DNA of 13,731 nt from Caedimonas varicaedens (GTDB taxonomy: Bacteria > Pseudomonadota > Alphaproteobacteria > Caedimonadales > Caedimonadaceae), in NCBI GenBank assembly GCA_001192655.1, contig BBVC01000018.1, positions 1 through 13,731 on the forward strand, in the 5' to 3' direction. Below, piece by piece: positions 1 to 7,437 of the stretch. The notes beneath the pieces are model-generated. The model made no database searches. It was not told where the DNA came from and worked only from the letters and a program-made list of their open reading frames with translations. Within the stretch, counting starts at the first letter, position 1. Every line of letters begins with the position of its first letter. The translations under genes and the position numbers were made by a program.

Positions 1-976
1 CCTTAATACCCGCTCGCTTGAGAATCTGTTTCCATGTTTTGTTAATATCTATTAAAGGCTTACCTGAAACTCTACCGGGAAAAACATAATCGTTGTTCGT
101 TTGGCGCTTGAGAGAAGCCAGAAGATCATGAGCTTTCATATTCACAGGAATAGCGCTCTCTCCTGTTTTAGTGTCAGGCAAGTGAATATAGCGCTCTTTG
201 AGATGAACATTCTCCCATTTTAAATTGAGAATGTTTCCTCTTCTGCAACCTGTATATAAAGCCAGACGCAGAGCATTTACCAAGTAGTAAGTATGAGGTC
301 GTTCTTTCTCTTGCTGATTAAAAGCCTCTTCCAGTTTCAAAAGTTCTGGACGACTTAAAAAGCGTTGTTTTTTGTTTTCTTTATACCTGGAAACACCTAT
401 ACAAGGATTGCTCTTGAGTGGTAAATATTCCCATTCCTCAGCTTTCTTGAACAAAACGCTTAAAAGAGAAAAAGAACGATTAGCCGCAGATGGGATATGT
501 CGTAAGGATTCCAAAAAAAGCTTGATATCTTTAGAAGTGATTGTATCCAGCCGTTGTTGACCAAAGCGTGGAAGCAAGTGAACGCTGGCAACATTCATAT
601 TGCTATAGCCTCTATCCTTGTAGGCGACTATTATATACTTTTCTTTGAAAATTTGAAAAAAGTCCTCAAAGAGCATCGCCTGCTTCTGCTCCATGATCTT
701 CTCTTGTTTTTGCTCTCGGGGATCATTGCCTGATGCCACAGCAGCGGAGAGCTTCTTGGCTTCTGTACGTGCGAGATCAACGGTCATGTTGCCGTGGACA
801 CCAATTTTAACGCCGGTCTTTTTCTTGGTCAAAGGAGAGTGATAATAGAAGACATAGGTCTTTTTGCCTCCAATCAAGATACGACATCCGAACCCTTTTA
901 CCTCAGTATCCCAGACAAAATAATTCTTGTCTTTGGGTTGGCTTTGATCGATCAGACTTTTTATAAGTTTTGGCAT
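1..976 (-). CDS. int: Tyrosine recombinase / phage-type integrase (P4-like, DUF4102 N-terminal arm-binding domain); 3' end truncated by the window edge
   Basis: I reverse-complemented this region by hand. The ATG is at 974-976, preceded by AAGGAG with a 7-nt spacer. The frame stays open for 325 codons to position 1. Translation: MPKLIKSLIDQSQPKDKNYFVWDTEVKGFGCRILIGGKKTYVFYYHSP...RLDTITSKDIKLFLESL...LALYTGCRRGNILNLKWENVHLKERYIHLPDTKTGESAIPV...DYVFPG... The WD-x4-GFG-x-R...K-x-Y pattern is typical of DUF4102. TGCRRGNILNLKW is the box containing the first catalytic Arg. The H-x-x-R and Tyr boxes would lie off-window. The plus-strand track ORFs 372-560 and 794-979 are shadows of this gene. Confidence 0.85.
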   Translation of the reverse strand, partial: MPKLIKSLIDQSQPKDKNYFVWDTEVKGFGCRILIGGKKTYVFYYHSPLTKKKTGVKIGVHGNMTVDLARTEAKKLSAAVASGNDPREQKQEKIMEQKQAMLFEDFFQIFKEKYIIVAYKDRGYSNMNVASVHLLPRFGQQRLDTITSKDIKLFLESLRHIPSAANRSFSLLSVLFKKAEEWEYLPLKSNPCIGVSRYKENKKQRFLSRPELLKLEEAFNQQEKERPHTYYLVNALRLALYTGCRRGNILNLKWENVHLKERYIHLPDTKTGESAIPVNMKAHDLLASLKRQTNNDYVFPGRVSGKPLIDINKTWKQILKRAGIK

Positions 977-1024
977 TGAGTGACTCCTTTCTGAAAATGT
1001 TTCCAAAGTGTTACCATTTGGTTC

Positions 1025-1053
1025 GGTAGAATGCAACCTCTAATGGTAGAATG
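1025..1053. repeat. 9-bp direct repeat GGTAGAATG x2 (1025-1033 and 1045-1053), start-to-start spacing 20 bp; function unknown
   Basis: Read directly: ttcGGTAGAATGcaacctctaatGGTAGAATGagagc, about 50-80 bp upstream of the integrase start codon. Confidence 0.5.
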
Positions 1054-1119
1054 AGAGCAAAACAAGAGAGACAAAATTACTAAAAAAGCTAGAATTTATA
1101 TAGTTTTTGGCAGTATAGC

Positions 1120-1178
1120 TGGATTAGCTCAGTTGAAAGAACCTCTCATAATCCAAGACATGGAAATACGTGGATTAT
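1120..1178. repeat. Three copies of a TGGATTA(T) motif: direct copies at 1120-1126 and 1171-1178, inverted copy ATAATCCA at 1148-1155; overlaps a tRNA-Met-like fragment
   Basis: Read directly: cTGGATTAgctcagttgaaagaacctctcATAATCCAagacatggaaatacgTGGATTATtg. The middle copy can pair with either flanking copy: 7 bp with a 22-nt loop, or 8 bp with a 15-nt loop. TAGCTCAGTTG (1125-1135) resembles a tRNA D-arm, and CTCATAAT (1145-1152) resembles a CAT anticodon loop. Confidence 0.5.
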
Positions 1179-1283
1179 TGCAGATAAAAGCAACATTTCA
1201 GGAGAGTTTTCTCAAGATTTAATAAAGCAAATTCTTCTTTCTTTTTTTAATTATTTATATTTTTTGTAAAATCCAATCTCGGG

Positions 1284-1312
1284 TTGATGTCTCTGGCTTA
1301 AACGCTTATAGT
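1284..1312 (+). promoter_or_regulatory. Putative sigma70-type promoter for nuoGHI
   Basis: TTGATG (1284-1289), a 17-nt spacer, then TATAGT (1307-1312). The -10 ends about 48 nt upstream of the nuoG ATG. An A/T-rich tract at 1230-1270 could act as an UP element. This is a motif match only. Confidence 0.4.
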
Positions 1313-1360
1313 TTGCTGAAAGATATCATCCTGATCATAGGCGCTTTATAAAGAAAAACC

Positions 1361-3436
1361 ATGGTAAAGCTGACAATTAACAATCAAGAGATTGACGTCC
1401 CTCAAGGAACCACTGTTTTGCAGGCTGCACAACAGCTTGAGATTGAAATTCCTGTTTTCTGCTATCACTCCCGCCTGGCCATTGCAGGAAACTGCCGCAT
1501 GTGTCTGGTCGAAATGGAAAAATCTCCCAAAACGATCGCCAGTTGTGCCATGCCTGTATCCGAAGGCATGGTTATCCATACCCATACGCCCATGGTTGAA
1601 AAAGCGCGCCGAGGCGTGCTGGAATTCTTGCTGATTAATCATCCGCTGGACTGCCCTATTTGTGATCAGGGAGGCGAGTGTGATCTTCAGGACATTACAG
1701 TGGCTTATGGTTCTTCTGGCAGTCGCTTCAAGGAAAACAAACGCGCTGTTGCCGAAAAGTCTATGGGGCCTCTGATCAAGACGTTCATGACGCGCTGTAT
1801 TCATTGTACACGGTGTGTCCGGTTTGCTGCTGACATTGCCGGCGTTCAGGAATTGGGTGCTATAGGACGCGGCGAAAATATGGAAATCACGGCTTACCTG
1901 GATCAGTCCATTACTTCTGAACTTTCGGGAAATCTGGTTGATATTTGCCCGGTTGGCGCCTTAACATCTTCTCCCTACTCCTTTAGGGGACGTCCTTGGG
2001 ATCTTGTCAAAACCGAATCTATTGATGTGATGGATGCAGTAGGAAGCAATATACGCATTGATACGTATGGAATGCGTGTTATTCGCATTTTGCCTCGCCT
2101 TCATGAAGACATCAATGAAGAATGGATTTCGGATAAAACACGTCATGCCTGTGATGGACTGGCGCGGCAACGTCTTGATCAACCCTATGTTCGCAAAAAC
2201 GGAAAACTTGAGCCTGCCTCATGGGAAGAAGCCTTACAGACAATCTGTGAAAAGATAGGGACTCTGAAAGGGTCGCAAATAGCTGCTCTGTCCGGTGATA
2301 TGGCGGATGTGGAATCCATGATGGCGTTAAAGGATCTGATGACAAAACTAAGGTCGCCTCATACAGATTGCCGCCAGGATGGGGCTGTCTCTGTACCACA
2401 GCATCGAGCAAGTTATCTTTTTAATACAACCATTGCTGGCATTGAATCTGCCGATATTTGTTTGTTCATTAATACGGCCATTCGCCAGGAGGCGCCCCTG
2501 ATTCATGCTCGTTTGCGCAAAAGATATCTGGCAGGCGGATTTAAAGCATTCTATGTGGGAGGAGATTTACCCACAGGTCGCGGCTTTACCTTTCCAACAG
2601 AACATCTGGGCAACCATCCTGCTTTGCTTGAAGATATCTTAAAAACAAAACATCCTGTTGCAAAATTATTAAAAAAAGCACAAAATCCTATGCTCATCCT
2701 TGGGCAATCTGCTCTAAGAAGAACAGATGGAGCCGCCATCCTGCAAAAATGCCAGGAAATTGCTGAAGAATTCGATATGATACGTCCGGACTGGAATGGT
2801 TTTAATGTTTTGCAGCAGGCTGCTGCACGAGTGGGAGGATTGGATATTGGTTTTGTGCCGGATGAAAAAGGATACATCACACATCATATTTTGAAAGCTT
2901 GTCAAAAAGGCGACATCAAACTTGTTTATCTCTTGAATGTAGATGAGATTGAAGCAGCCCAATTTGGTCAGGCTTTTGTTATTTATCAGGGACATCACGG
3001 TGATCAAGGAGCGCATCGCGCAGATGTGATTCTGCCGGGTGCAACTTATACCGAAAAAGAAGCAACTTACGTGAACACAGAAGGCCGGGTTCAGGTAACC
3101 TCGCAAGCCTTGTTTCCCCCCGGTGAAGCGAAAGAAGACTGGCGGATTATTCGGGCCTTATCAGAGAAGTTAGGCAAAAAACTTCCTTATGATACGCTTG
3201 GAGAAGTGAGGCTGTCCATGATCGATAAAAATCCGGTTTTTAGTACTCAGGATACGATCGTCCCATCCTTATGGGCAACTTTTAATCTGGAAGGAGCGCT
3301 TGACAAAACGCCTTTTTCTGCCCATTCCTTTAATTTTTACATGACGGATCCTATTTCAAGAGCATCAGAAACGATGGCGACCTGCACAAGGGAATTGGCG
3401 CCTGATTCTTGCAGAAAGAAAGTGCATCATGGCTGA
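1361..3436 (+). CDS. nuoG: NADH-quinone oxidoreductase subunit G (75-kDa subunit type, 691 aa)
   Basis: N-terminal 2Fe-2S motif [33 protein letters not shown] (His/Cys 4Fe-4S cluster). [10 protein letters not shown]...CPVGAL (4Fe-4S). The length and sequence resemble alphaproteobacterial/mitochondrial NuoG. There is an 8-nt overlap with nuoH (ATGGCTGA). Confidence 0.97.
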   Translation: MVKLTINNQEIDVPQGTTVLQAAQQLEIEIPVFCYHSRLAIAGNCRMCLVEMEKSPKTIASCAMPVSEGMVIHTHTPMVEKARRGVLEFLLINHPLDCPICDQGGECDLQDITVAYGSSGSRFKENKRAVAEKSMGPLIKTFMTRCIHCTRCVRFAADIAGVQELGAIGRGENMEITAYLDQSITSELSGNLVDICPVGALTSSPYSFRGRPWDLVKTESIDVMDAVGSNIRIDTYGMRVIRILPRLHEDINEEWISDKTRHACDGLARQRLDQPYVRKNGKLEPASWEEALQTICEKIGTLKGSQIAALSGDMADVESMMALKDLMTKLRSPHTDCRQDGAVSVPQHRASYLFNTTIAGIESADICLFINTAIRQEAPLIHARLRKRYLAGGFKAFYVGGDLPTGRGFTFPTEHLGNHPALLEDILKTKHPVAKLLKKAQNPMLILGQSALRRTDGAAILQKCQEIAEEFDMIRPDWNGFNVLQQAAARVGGLDIGFVPDEKGYITHHILKACQKGDIKLVYLLNVDEIEAAQFGQAFVIYQGHHGDQGAHRADVILPGATYTEKEATYVNTEGRVQVTSQALFPPGEAKEDWRIIRALSEKLGKKLPYDTLGEVRLSMIDKNPVFSTQDTIVPSLWATFNLEGALDKTPFSAHSFNFYMTDPISRASETMATCTRELAPDSCRKKVHHG

Positions 3437-4442
3437 GATGTGGCAGGAGATCTTTCCTCTTTTATGGATCGTTGGGCAAATTTTCCTGATCGTTATTCCT
3501 CTTATTTTAACGGTGGCCTATTTAACTTATGCGGAACGCAAAATTATTGCGGCCATGCAATTACGGATAGGTCCCAACTACGTTGGTCCTTTTGGATTAC
3601 TCCAACCCATTGCAGATGCCCTTAAATTACTCCATAAAGAACCTATTATTCCTGCAAAAGCAAATCCTGTTCTTTTTCTGCTTGCCCCTATTATTACCTT
3701 TACTCTGAGCCTGCTTGCATGGGCTGTCATTCCCATAGGCCCTGATTTTGTGCTTGCCAACATTAATGTGGGCATTCTTTATCTTTTTGCGATTTCTTCG
3801 TTAGGAGTCTATGGCATTATTATTGCGGGATGGGCAAGTAATTCAAAATATCCTTTTTTAGGGGCATTGCGTTCAGCCGCTCAAATGGTTTCTTATGAGG
3901 TTTCTATTGGTTTTGTGATGATTACTGTTCTGTTATGCGCAGGATCACTTAACTTGCGAGATATTGTTCTGGCACAACAGAATATGTGGTTTTTTATCCC
4001 GCTTTTTCCCATGTTCATCATTTTCTTTATTTCAATTCTGGCTGAGACGAACCGAACGCCTTTTGATTTGCCAGAAGCAGAAGCTGAGCTGGTTTCAGGG
4101 TATAATGTTGAATATTCGTCTATGCCCTTTGCCCTGTTTTTTTTGGGTGAATATGCCAATATGATTCTGATGAGCGCCATGACGTCCATTTTATTTCTGG
4201 GAGGATGGCTCCCCCCTTTTGCGATAGCTCCGTTTACATACATTCCCGGATTTGTCTGGTTTGCTCTGAAAATTTCCCTGATTCTATTCCTTTTTATATG
4301 GGTGCGGGCAACATTGCCGCGCTATCGCTATGATCAACTCATGCGGCTGGGCTGGAAGGTATTTTTGCCGTTTACCTTAATATCCGTTATTATGGTTTCA
4401 GGTTTCCTTGTTTACTTTGATAAATTACCGACACAAGGGTGA
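3429..4442 (+). CDS. nuoH: NADH-quinone oxidoreductase subunit H (membrane subunit, 337 aa)
   Basis: Conserved NuoH/ND1 strings: [75 protein letters not shown]. Hydrophobic throughout. The start could alternatively be the Met at 3438. Confidence 0.96.
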   Translation: MAEMWQEIFPLLWIVGQIFLIVIPLILTVAYLTYAERKIIAAMQLRIGPNYVGPFGLLQPIADALKLLHKEPIIPAKANPVLFLLAPIITFTLSLLAWAVIPIGPDFVLANINVGILYLFAISSLGVYGIIIAGWASNSKYPFLGALRSAAQMVSYEVSIGFVMITVLLCAGSLNLRDIVLAQQNMWFFIPLFPMFIIFFISILAETNRTPFDLPEAEAELVSGYNVEYSSMPFALFFLGEYANMILMSAMTSILFLGGWLPPFAIAPFTYIPGFVWFALKISLILFLFIWVRATLPRYRYDQLMRLGWKVFLPFTLISVIMVSGFLVYFDKLPTQG

Positions 4443-4446
4443 TATA

Positions 4447-4926
4447 ATGGTGTCAGTCTTGCAAACGCTCAAATCTTTTGGCTTATTTGAAGTTATCAAA
4501 GGACTGGGAGTGACTTTTCGCTATATGTTCAAAAGAAAGGTAACACTTCAGTATCCTTTGGAAAAAAGCCCTGTCAGCTCTCGATTACGCGGCGAACATG
4601 CTTTGCGGCGCTACGCAAATGGAGAAGAACGCTGTATTGCCTGCAAGCTCTGTGAAGCGGTATGTCCTGCCCAAGCCATCAGCATTGACGCTGAACCTCG
4701 CAGCGATGGAAGCCGTCGTGCAGTGCGCTATGATATCGATATGACAAAGTGTATTTACTGTGGCCTTTGCCAGGAAGCTTGCCCTGTAGACGCTATTGTG
4801 GAAGGGCCTAATTTCGAGTTCGCAACAGAAACTCATGAAGAGCTTTATTATAATAAAAACAAGCTTCTTGACAACGGCGATAGGTGGGAATTGCTGTTAG
4901 CAAAAAACATCCAACTTAATAAGTAG
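4447..4926 (+). CDS. nuoI: NADH-quinone oxidoreductase subunit I (2x[4Fe-4S] ferredoxin-type, 159 aa)
   Basis: Two CxxCxxCxxxCP motifs ([12 protein letters not shown] and [12 protein letters not shown]). The track ORF starts at 4408, inside nuoH. I prefer the in-frame ATG at 4447 ([11 protein letters not shown]...). It lies 4 nt after the nuoH stop, is preceded by AAGGGTGA, and gives the usual size of about 160 aa. Confidence 0.94.
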   Translation: MVSVLQTLKSFGLFEVIKGLGVTFRYMFKRKVTLQYPLEKSPVSSRLRGEHALRRYANGEERCIACKLCEAVCPAQAISIDAEPRSDGSRRAVRYDIDMTKCIYCGLCQEACPVDAIVEGPNFEFATETHEELYYNKNKLLDNGDRWELLLAKNIQLNK

Positions 4927-4942
4927 CTTTCAACTTCATCCA

Positions 4943-6823
4943 CTATAGAGACGAACTATCTGTTTGATATTCGGGAACAAGCTCTTTAAGAAGTCCCAGA
5001 CTTGAGTTTGTATCATAATGCTGAGCGTATTCCTGTAGCTGCTGAATCGATTTTTTGAGAAATTGATAATTCATCGGCTTGGGAGAAGCGAGCATCAACC
5101 CTTTGCATTTTGTTTTTATTAATTTTTCTTCTCCATAAAATAATTCTTCGTAAAGTTTTTCTCCTTCTCGTAATCCCGTATATTGAATATGAATGTCTTT
5201 TTCAGGGATAAGCCCTGTAAATTGAATCATTTGACGGGCTAAATCAGAAATTTTAATAAGATCTCCCATCTCCAGAACAAATATCTGACCTGCCGTGTCT
5301 GCGCTTTCATATCCTAAAACAGCTGCCTGAAGAACAAGTTCCACAGCTTCATGAATTGTCATGAAATATCGTCTTACATCAGGATGTGTGACAGTCAGAG
5401 GACCACCTCGCTCGATTTGTCGTTTAAAAAGAGGAACAACCGACCCTGTAGACCCTAAAACATTTCCAAATCGCGTCGTAATAAAACGTGTTGTTTTTTC
5501 CTGAACACCGATGGCATCCAATGCCTGGCAATAACTTTCTGAAAGTCGTTTTGTGGCTCCCATAATACTTGTTGGATTAACAGCTTTATCCGTTGAAATA
5601 AAGACGACCGCTTTTACATTATAATGACGGGCAGCTTCCGCAATATTTTGTGTGCCGATGACATTTGTCATGATCGCTTCATTGGGATTTTTCTGTGCAA
5701 TAGGAACATGTTTAAGAGCGGCCGCATGGAAAATGATTTCGGGATTTTCTTCACTCAAAATCTCTGAAATTCGAGTAACATTTGAAACGTCAGCCAAAAA
5801 TGCTCGATGGGAGAGATCTGGATAGTCTTCAGACATCTCTAGCTCGCATTTGTACAATAAATATTCAGAATGGTCCAATAGCGTGATATGAGAAGGTTTA
5901 AATTTGGCAATCTGCCGAACAAGCTCACCTCCAATAGATCCTCCACAGCCCGTCACAAGAACACGTTTCTTGTGAAGAAAAGTTTCCATGCTTTTTCGAT
6001 CAAGCTCTACTTGAGGTCTCCCCAAAAGATCTTCAATAGAAATAGGCTTAATCTGGTTTTTTTGAGTTGCATTGGTGATTTCCCACATGCGAGGTAAGCG
6101 AGCAATTTCAAAATTATATTTTTTATTGAATTTAATCAATTCTTGGAGAGGTTTTCCTGTAAAATCAGGATCAGTAATGACAAGTTTTTGGGGAGCGTTA
6201 TTCAAAAATTTCAATTTTTCCAGAATTGCAGAAAAATCCTTCAACTGTCCTAATACATCAATGGAATGAACACGACTTCCACTATGACGGTTTTTTGTTT
6301 CTATAATCCCCACAATATCGAGAGACTTTTTTCTTTGCCGTGCTTGATCCCTGATAAACATTTCTGTTTGGTCAGTAAGGCCAATTAAAAGTATTTTTTC
6401 AACAAGAGAAGAAGATAGAAGGTTTTTGGACAGCGCTTCATTCTTCAGCAATCGATAAGCTAATCTTGATCCCCCCAAAAGAGCAGTATTGACCAGCCAA
6501 TTAATAATAACCAGGGAGCGAGGCATACTTCCTGAATAAGACATGAGAAATAGAGTGCCAAGATAAAGGACATTTGCACAACCTAGGGAGAATGTCAGTA
6601 ACATAAGTTCATTAAGGGAAACATATCGCCATACGCTTTTATAGGTCCTAAAACACATAAATATTCCTGCAGAAATTACGGTATAAACGACCGTATGCTT
6701 GATAACCAAGTGGACAGGATAAGTATGAAAATCGTCTCCCGCCCTTAGCCACAAAGAAAGGGGAAAAGAAATAAAGCAAAGAAGCAAATCATAGAAAAAT
6801 ATGATGTATTTTTTGCTTATCAT
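4943..6823 (-). CDS. capD: Membrane-anchored polysaccharide biosynthesis protein, CapD/WbpM/PglF-type NDP-sugar 4,6-dehydratase/epimerase (626 aa)
   Basis: The N-terminal 130 aa or so are hydrophobic, with about 4 predicted TM helices. Rossmann motif VLVTGCGGSIGGEL. SDR-extended catalytic strings FISTDKAVNPTSIMGATKRLSE and RFGNVLGSTGSV are typical of this family. Convergent with nuoI, with a 16-bp gap. Confidence 0.88.
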   Translation of the reverse strand: MISKKYIIFFYDLLLCFISFPLSLWLRAGDDFHTYPVHLVIKHTVVYTVISAGIFMCFRTYKSVWRYVSLNELMLLTFSLGCANVLYLGTLFLMSYSGSMPRSLVIINWLVNTALLGGSRLAYRLLKNEALSKNLLSSSLVEKILLIGLTDQTEMFIRDQARQRKKSLDIVGIIETKNRHSGSRVHSIDVLGQLKDFSAILEKLKFLNNAPQKLVITDPDFTGKPLQELIKFNKKYNFEIARLPRMWEITNATQKNQIKPISIEDLLGRPQVELDRKSMETFLHKKRVLVTGCGGSIGGELVRQIAKFKPSHITLLDHSEYLLYKCELEMSEDYPDLSHRAFLADVSNVTRISEILSEENPEIIFHAAALKHVPIAQKNPNEAIMTNVIGTQNIAEAARHYNVKAVVFISTDKAVNPTSIMGATKRLSESYCQALDAIGVQEKTTRFITTRFGNVLGSTGSVVPLFKRQIERGGPLTVTHPDVRRYFMTIHEAVELVLQAAVLGYESADTAGQIFVLEMGDLIKISDLARQMIQFTGLIPEKDIHIQYTGLREGEKLYEELFYGEEKLIKTKCKGLMLASPKPMNYQFLKKSIQQLQEYAQHYDTNSSLGLLKELVPEYQTDSSSL

Positions 6824-6830
6824 AGGATTA

Positions 6831-6847
6831 TCAATATTAAATATTGA
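6831..6847. repeat. Perfect 17-bp palindrome TCAATATT-a-AATATTGA, 8-24 nt upstream of the capD-like start codon; candidate operator or hairpin
   Basis: Read directly from 6831-6847. The arms are entirely A/T except for one C/G pair. Confidence 0.4.
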
Positions 6848-7024
6848 TTTGAAAGTTCTCTTAATTATGTTTTCTCTCCCGAGCTATCTTAGTTTTAGAA
6901 GTCTCTATAATACGCCTTCTCTCTTTATAATCACTTTAAGAACCATTATTCAATGAATTTTGTTTGCAAACGTAGGAATTCAGAGTCACCTTTTCAATTA
7001 GTTCAAAGGTATGAACATAAAGAA

Positions 7025-7435
7025 TTATGTCTTATTCTCCATCTCTAAAATAATTTTCCATGAAAGTTCATCTATAGGCATAACGGAAAGGCGAGATTGC
7101 CGACATAAGGAAAGATGGGAAAGTCGAGGATCTGATTTAATGAGCGCTAATGAGACCGGATGAGGCAAAGCTTCAACGGCTCGCACATCCACCATACAGA
7201 ACTTCCCTGTTTCGTCTGTAAAATCAGGATAGTATTCTCTCACAATTTCCACGATTCCCACAATTTTCTTTTCGTGTACCGAGTGGTAAAAAAAAGCCAA
7301 ATCCCCTTTTTTCATTTCTTTCATATAAGAGGAAGCCTGATAATTCCTGACGCCATCCCAGTGGGTAATTTTTTTAAGAACCTGGTCTTGCCAGGACCAC
7401 GTAGAAGGCTCGGTTTTTATCAGCCAATATCTCAT
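7025..7435 (-). CDS. EVE domain protein (PUA-like fold, DUF55 family, 136 aa)
   Basis: MRYWLIKTEPSTWSW...WDGVRNYQASSYMKEMKKGDLAFFYHS...IVGIVEIVREYYPD...SRLSV matches the conserved EVE pattern (YWLxKxEP, WDGVRNYQA, GDxxFFYHS, RLSV). The start is 2 nt after the gpsA stop (TAAagATG), with a GGAG inside the gpsA 3' end. Confidence 0.9.
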   Translation of the reverse strand: MRYWLIKTEPSTWSWQDQVLKKITHWDGVRNYQASSYMKEMKKGDLAFFYHSVHEKKIVGIVEIVREYYPDFTDETGKFCMVDVRAVEALPHPVSLALIKSDPRLSHLSLCRQSRLSVMPIDELSWKIILEMENKT

Positions 7436-7437
7436 CT

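Noticed and set aside
372-979. Plus-strand track ORFs 372-560 (62 aa) and 794-979 (61 aa)
   Set aside because: Both lie entirely antisense to the much longer integrase frame, which has clear family motifs. Their sequences show no recognisable features and look like shadow ORFs.
1110-1190. Possible intact tRNA-Met gene next to the integrase
   Set aside because: The D-arm-like and CAT-loop-like strings are present. However, I could not pair an anticodon stem (AACCT versus TCCAA), and found no GGTTCGAxTCC-type T-arm or complementary acceptor stem on either strand. It is reported only as a tRNA-like fragment.
1160-1222. 20-codon mini-ORF (MEIRGLLQIKATFQESFLKI) in the integrase-nuoG spacer
   Set aside because: It has no SD, is very short, and lies in AT-rich DNA where such ORFs arise by chance.
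977-1360. tmRNA (ssrA, including the two-piece alphaproteobacterial form) as the integrase target
   Set aside because: There is no T-arm consensus, no tag-like reading frame ending in ALAA/AVAA plus stop, and no acceptor-like 3' end with convincing pairing.
1346-1804. 152-aa minus-strand ORF overlapping the nuoG start
   Set aside because: It is antisense to the most conserved part of nuoG (the Fe-S cluster motifs). It is rich in Arg, Asn, Phe and His with no recognisable motif, which fits a shadow ORF.
4408-4446. Upstream start for nuoI given by the ORF track (172 aa)
   Set aside because: It would overlap nuoH by 35 nt and add a non-conserved [13 protein letters not shown] extension. The ATG at 4447 has an SD and gives the canonical length.
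1961-4836. Other track ORFs inside nuoG/H/I (1961-2182, 2058-2258, 2112-2411, 2551-2880, 2714-3106, 3440-3625, 3578-3775, 3893-4243, 3964-4164, 4585-4836)
   Set aside because: All are nested within, or antisense to, strongly recognisable nuo genes, and none has an independent motif or SD.
4927-4942. Rho-independent terminators at 4927-4942, and also at 6824-7024, 12195-12229, 13394-13415 and 13674-13731
   Set aside because: I looked for GC-rich hairpins followed by T-runs and found none convincing, so no terminator is annotated. A folding program could still find weak ones.
5888-6269. Plus-strand ORFs 5888-6097 and 6072-6269 inside the capD-like gene
   Set aside because: They are antisense shadows of a gene with clear Rossmann and catalytic motifs.
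6962-6971. 10-bp palindrome GTTTGCAAAC downstream of the EVE gene
   Set aside because: With 5-bp arms, many such palindromes are expected by chance in 13.7 kb. It has no adjacent T-run, so it is not a terminator.
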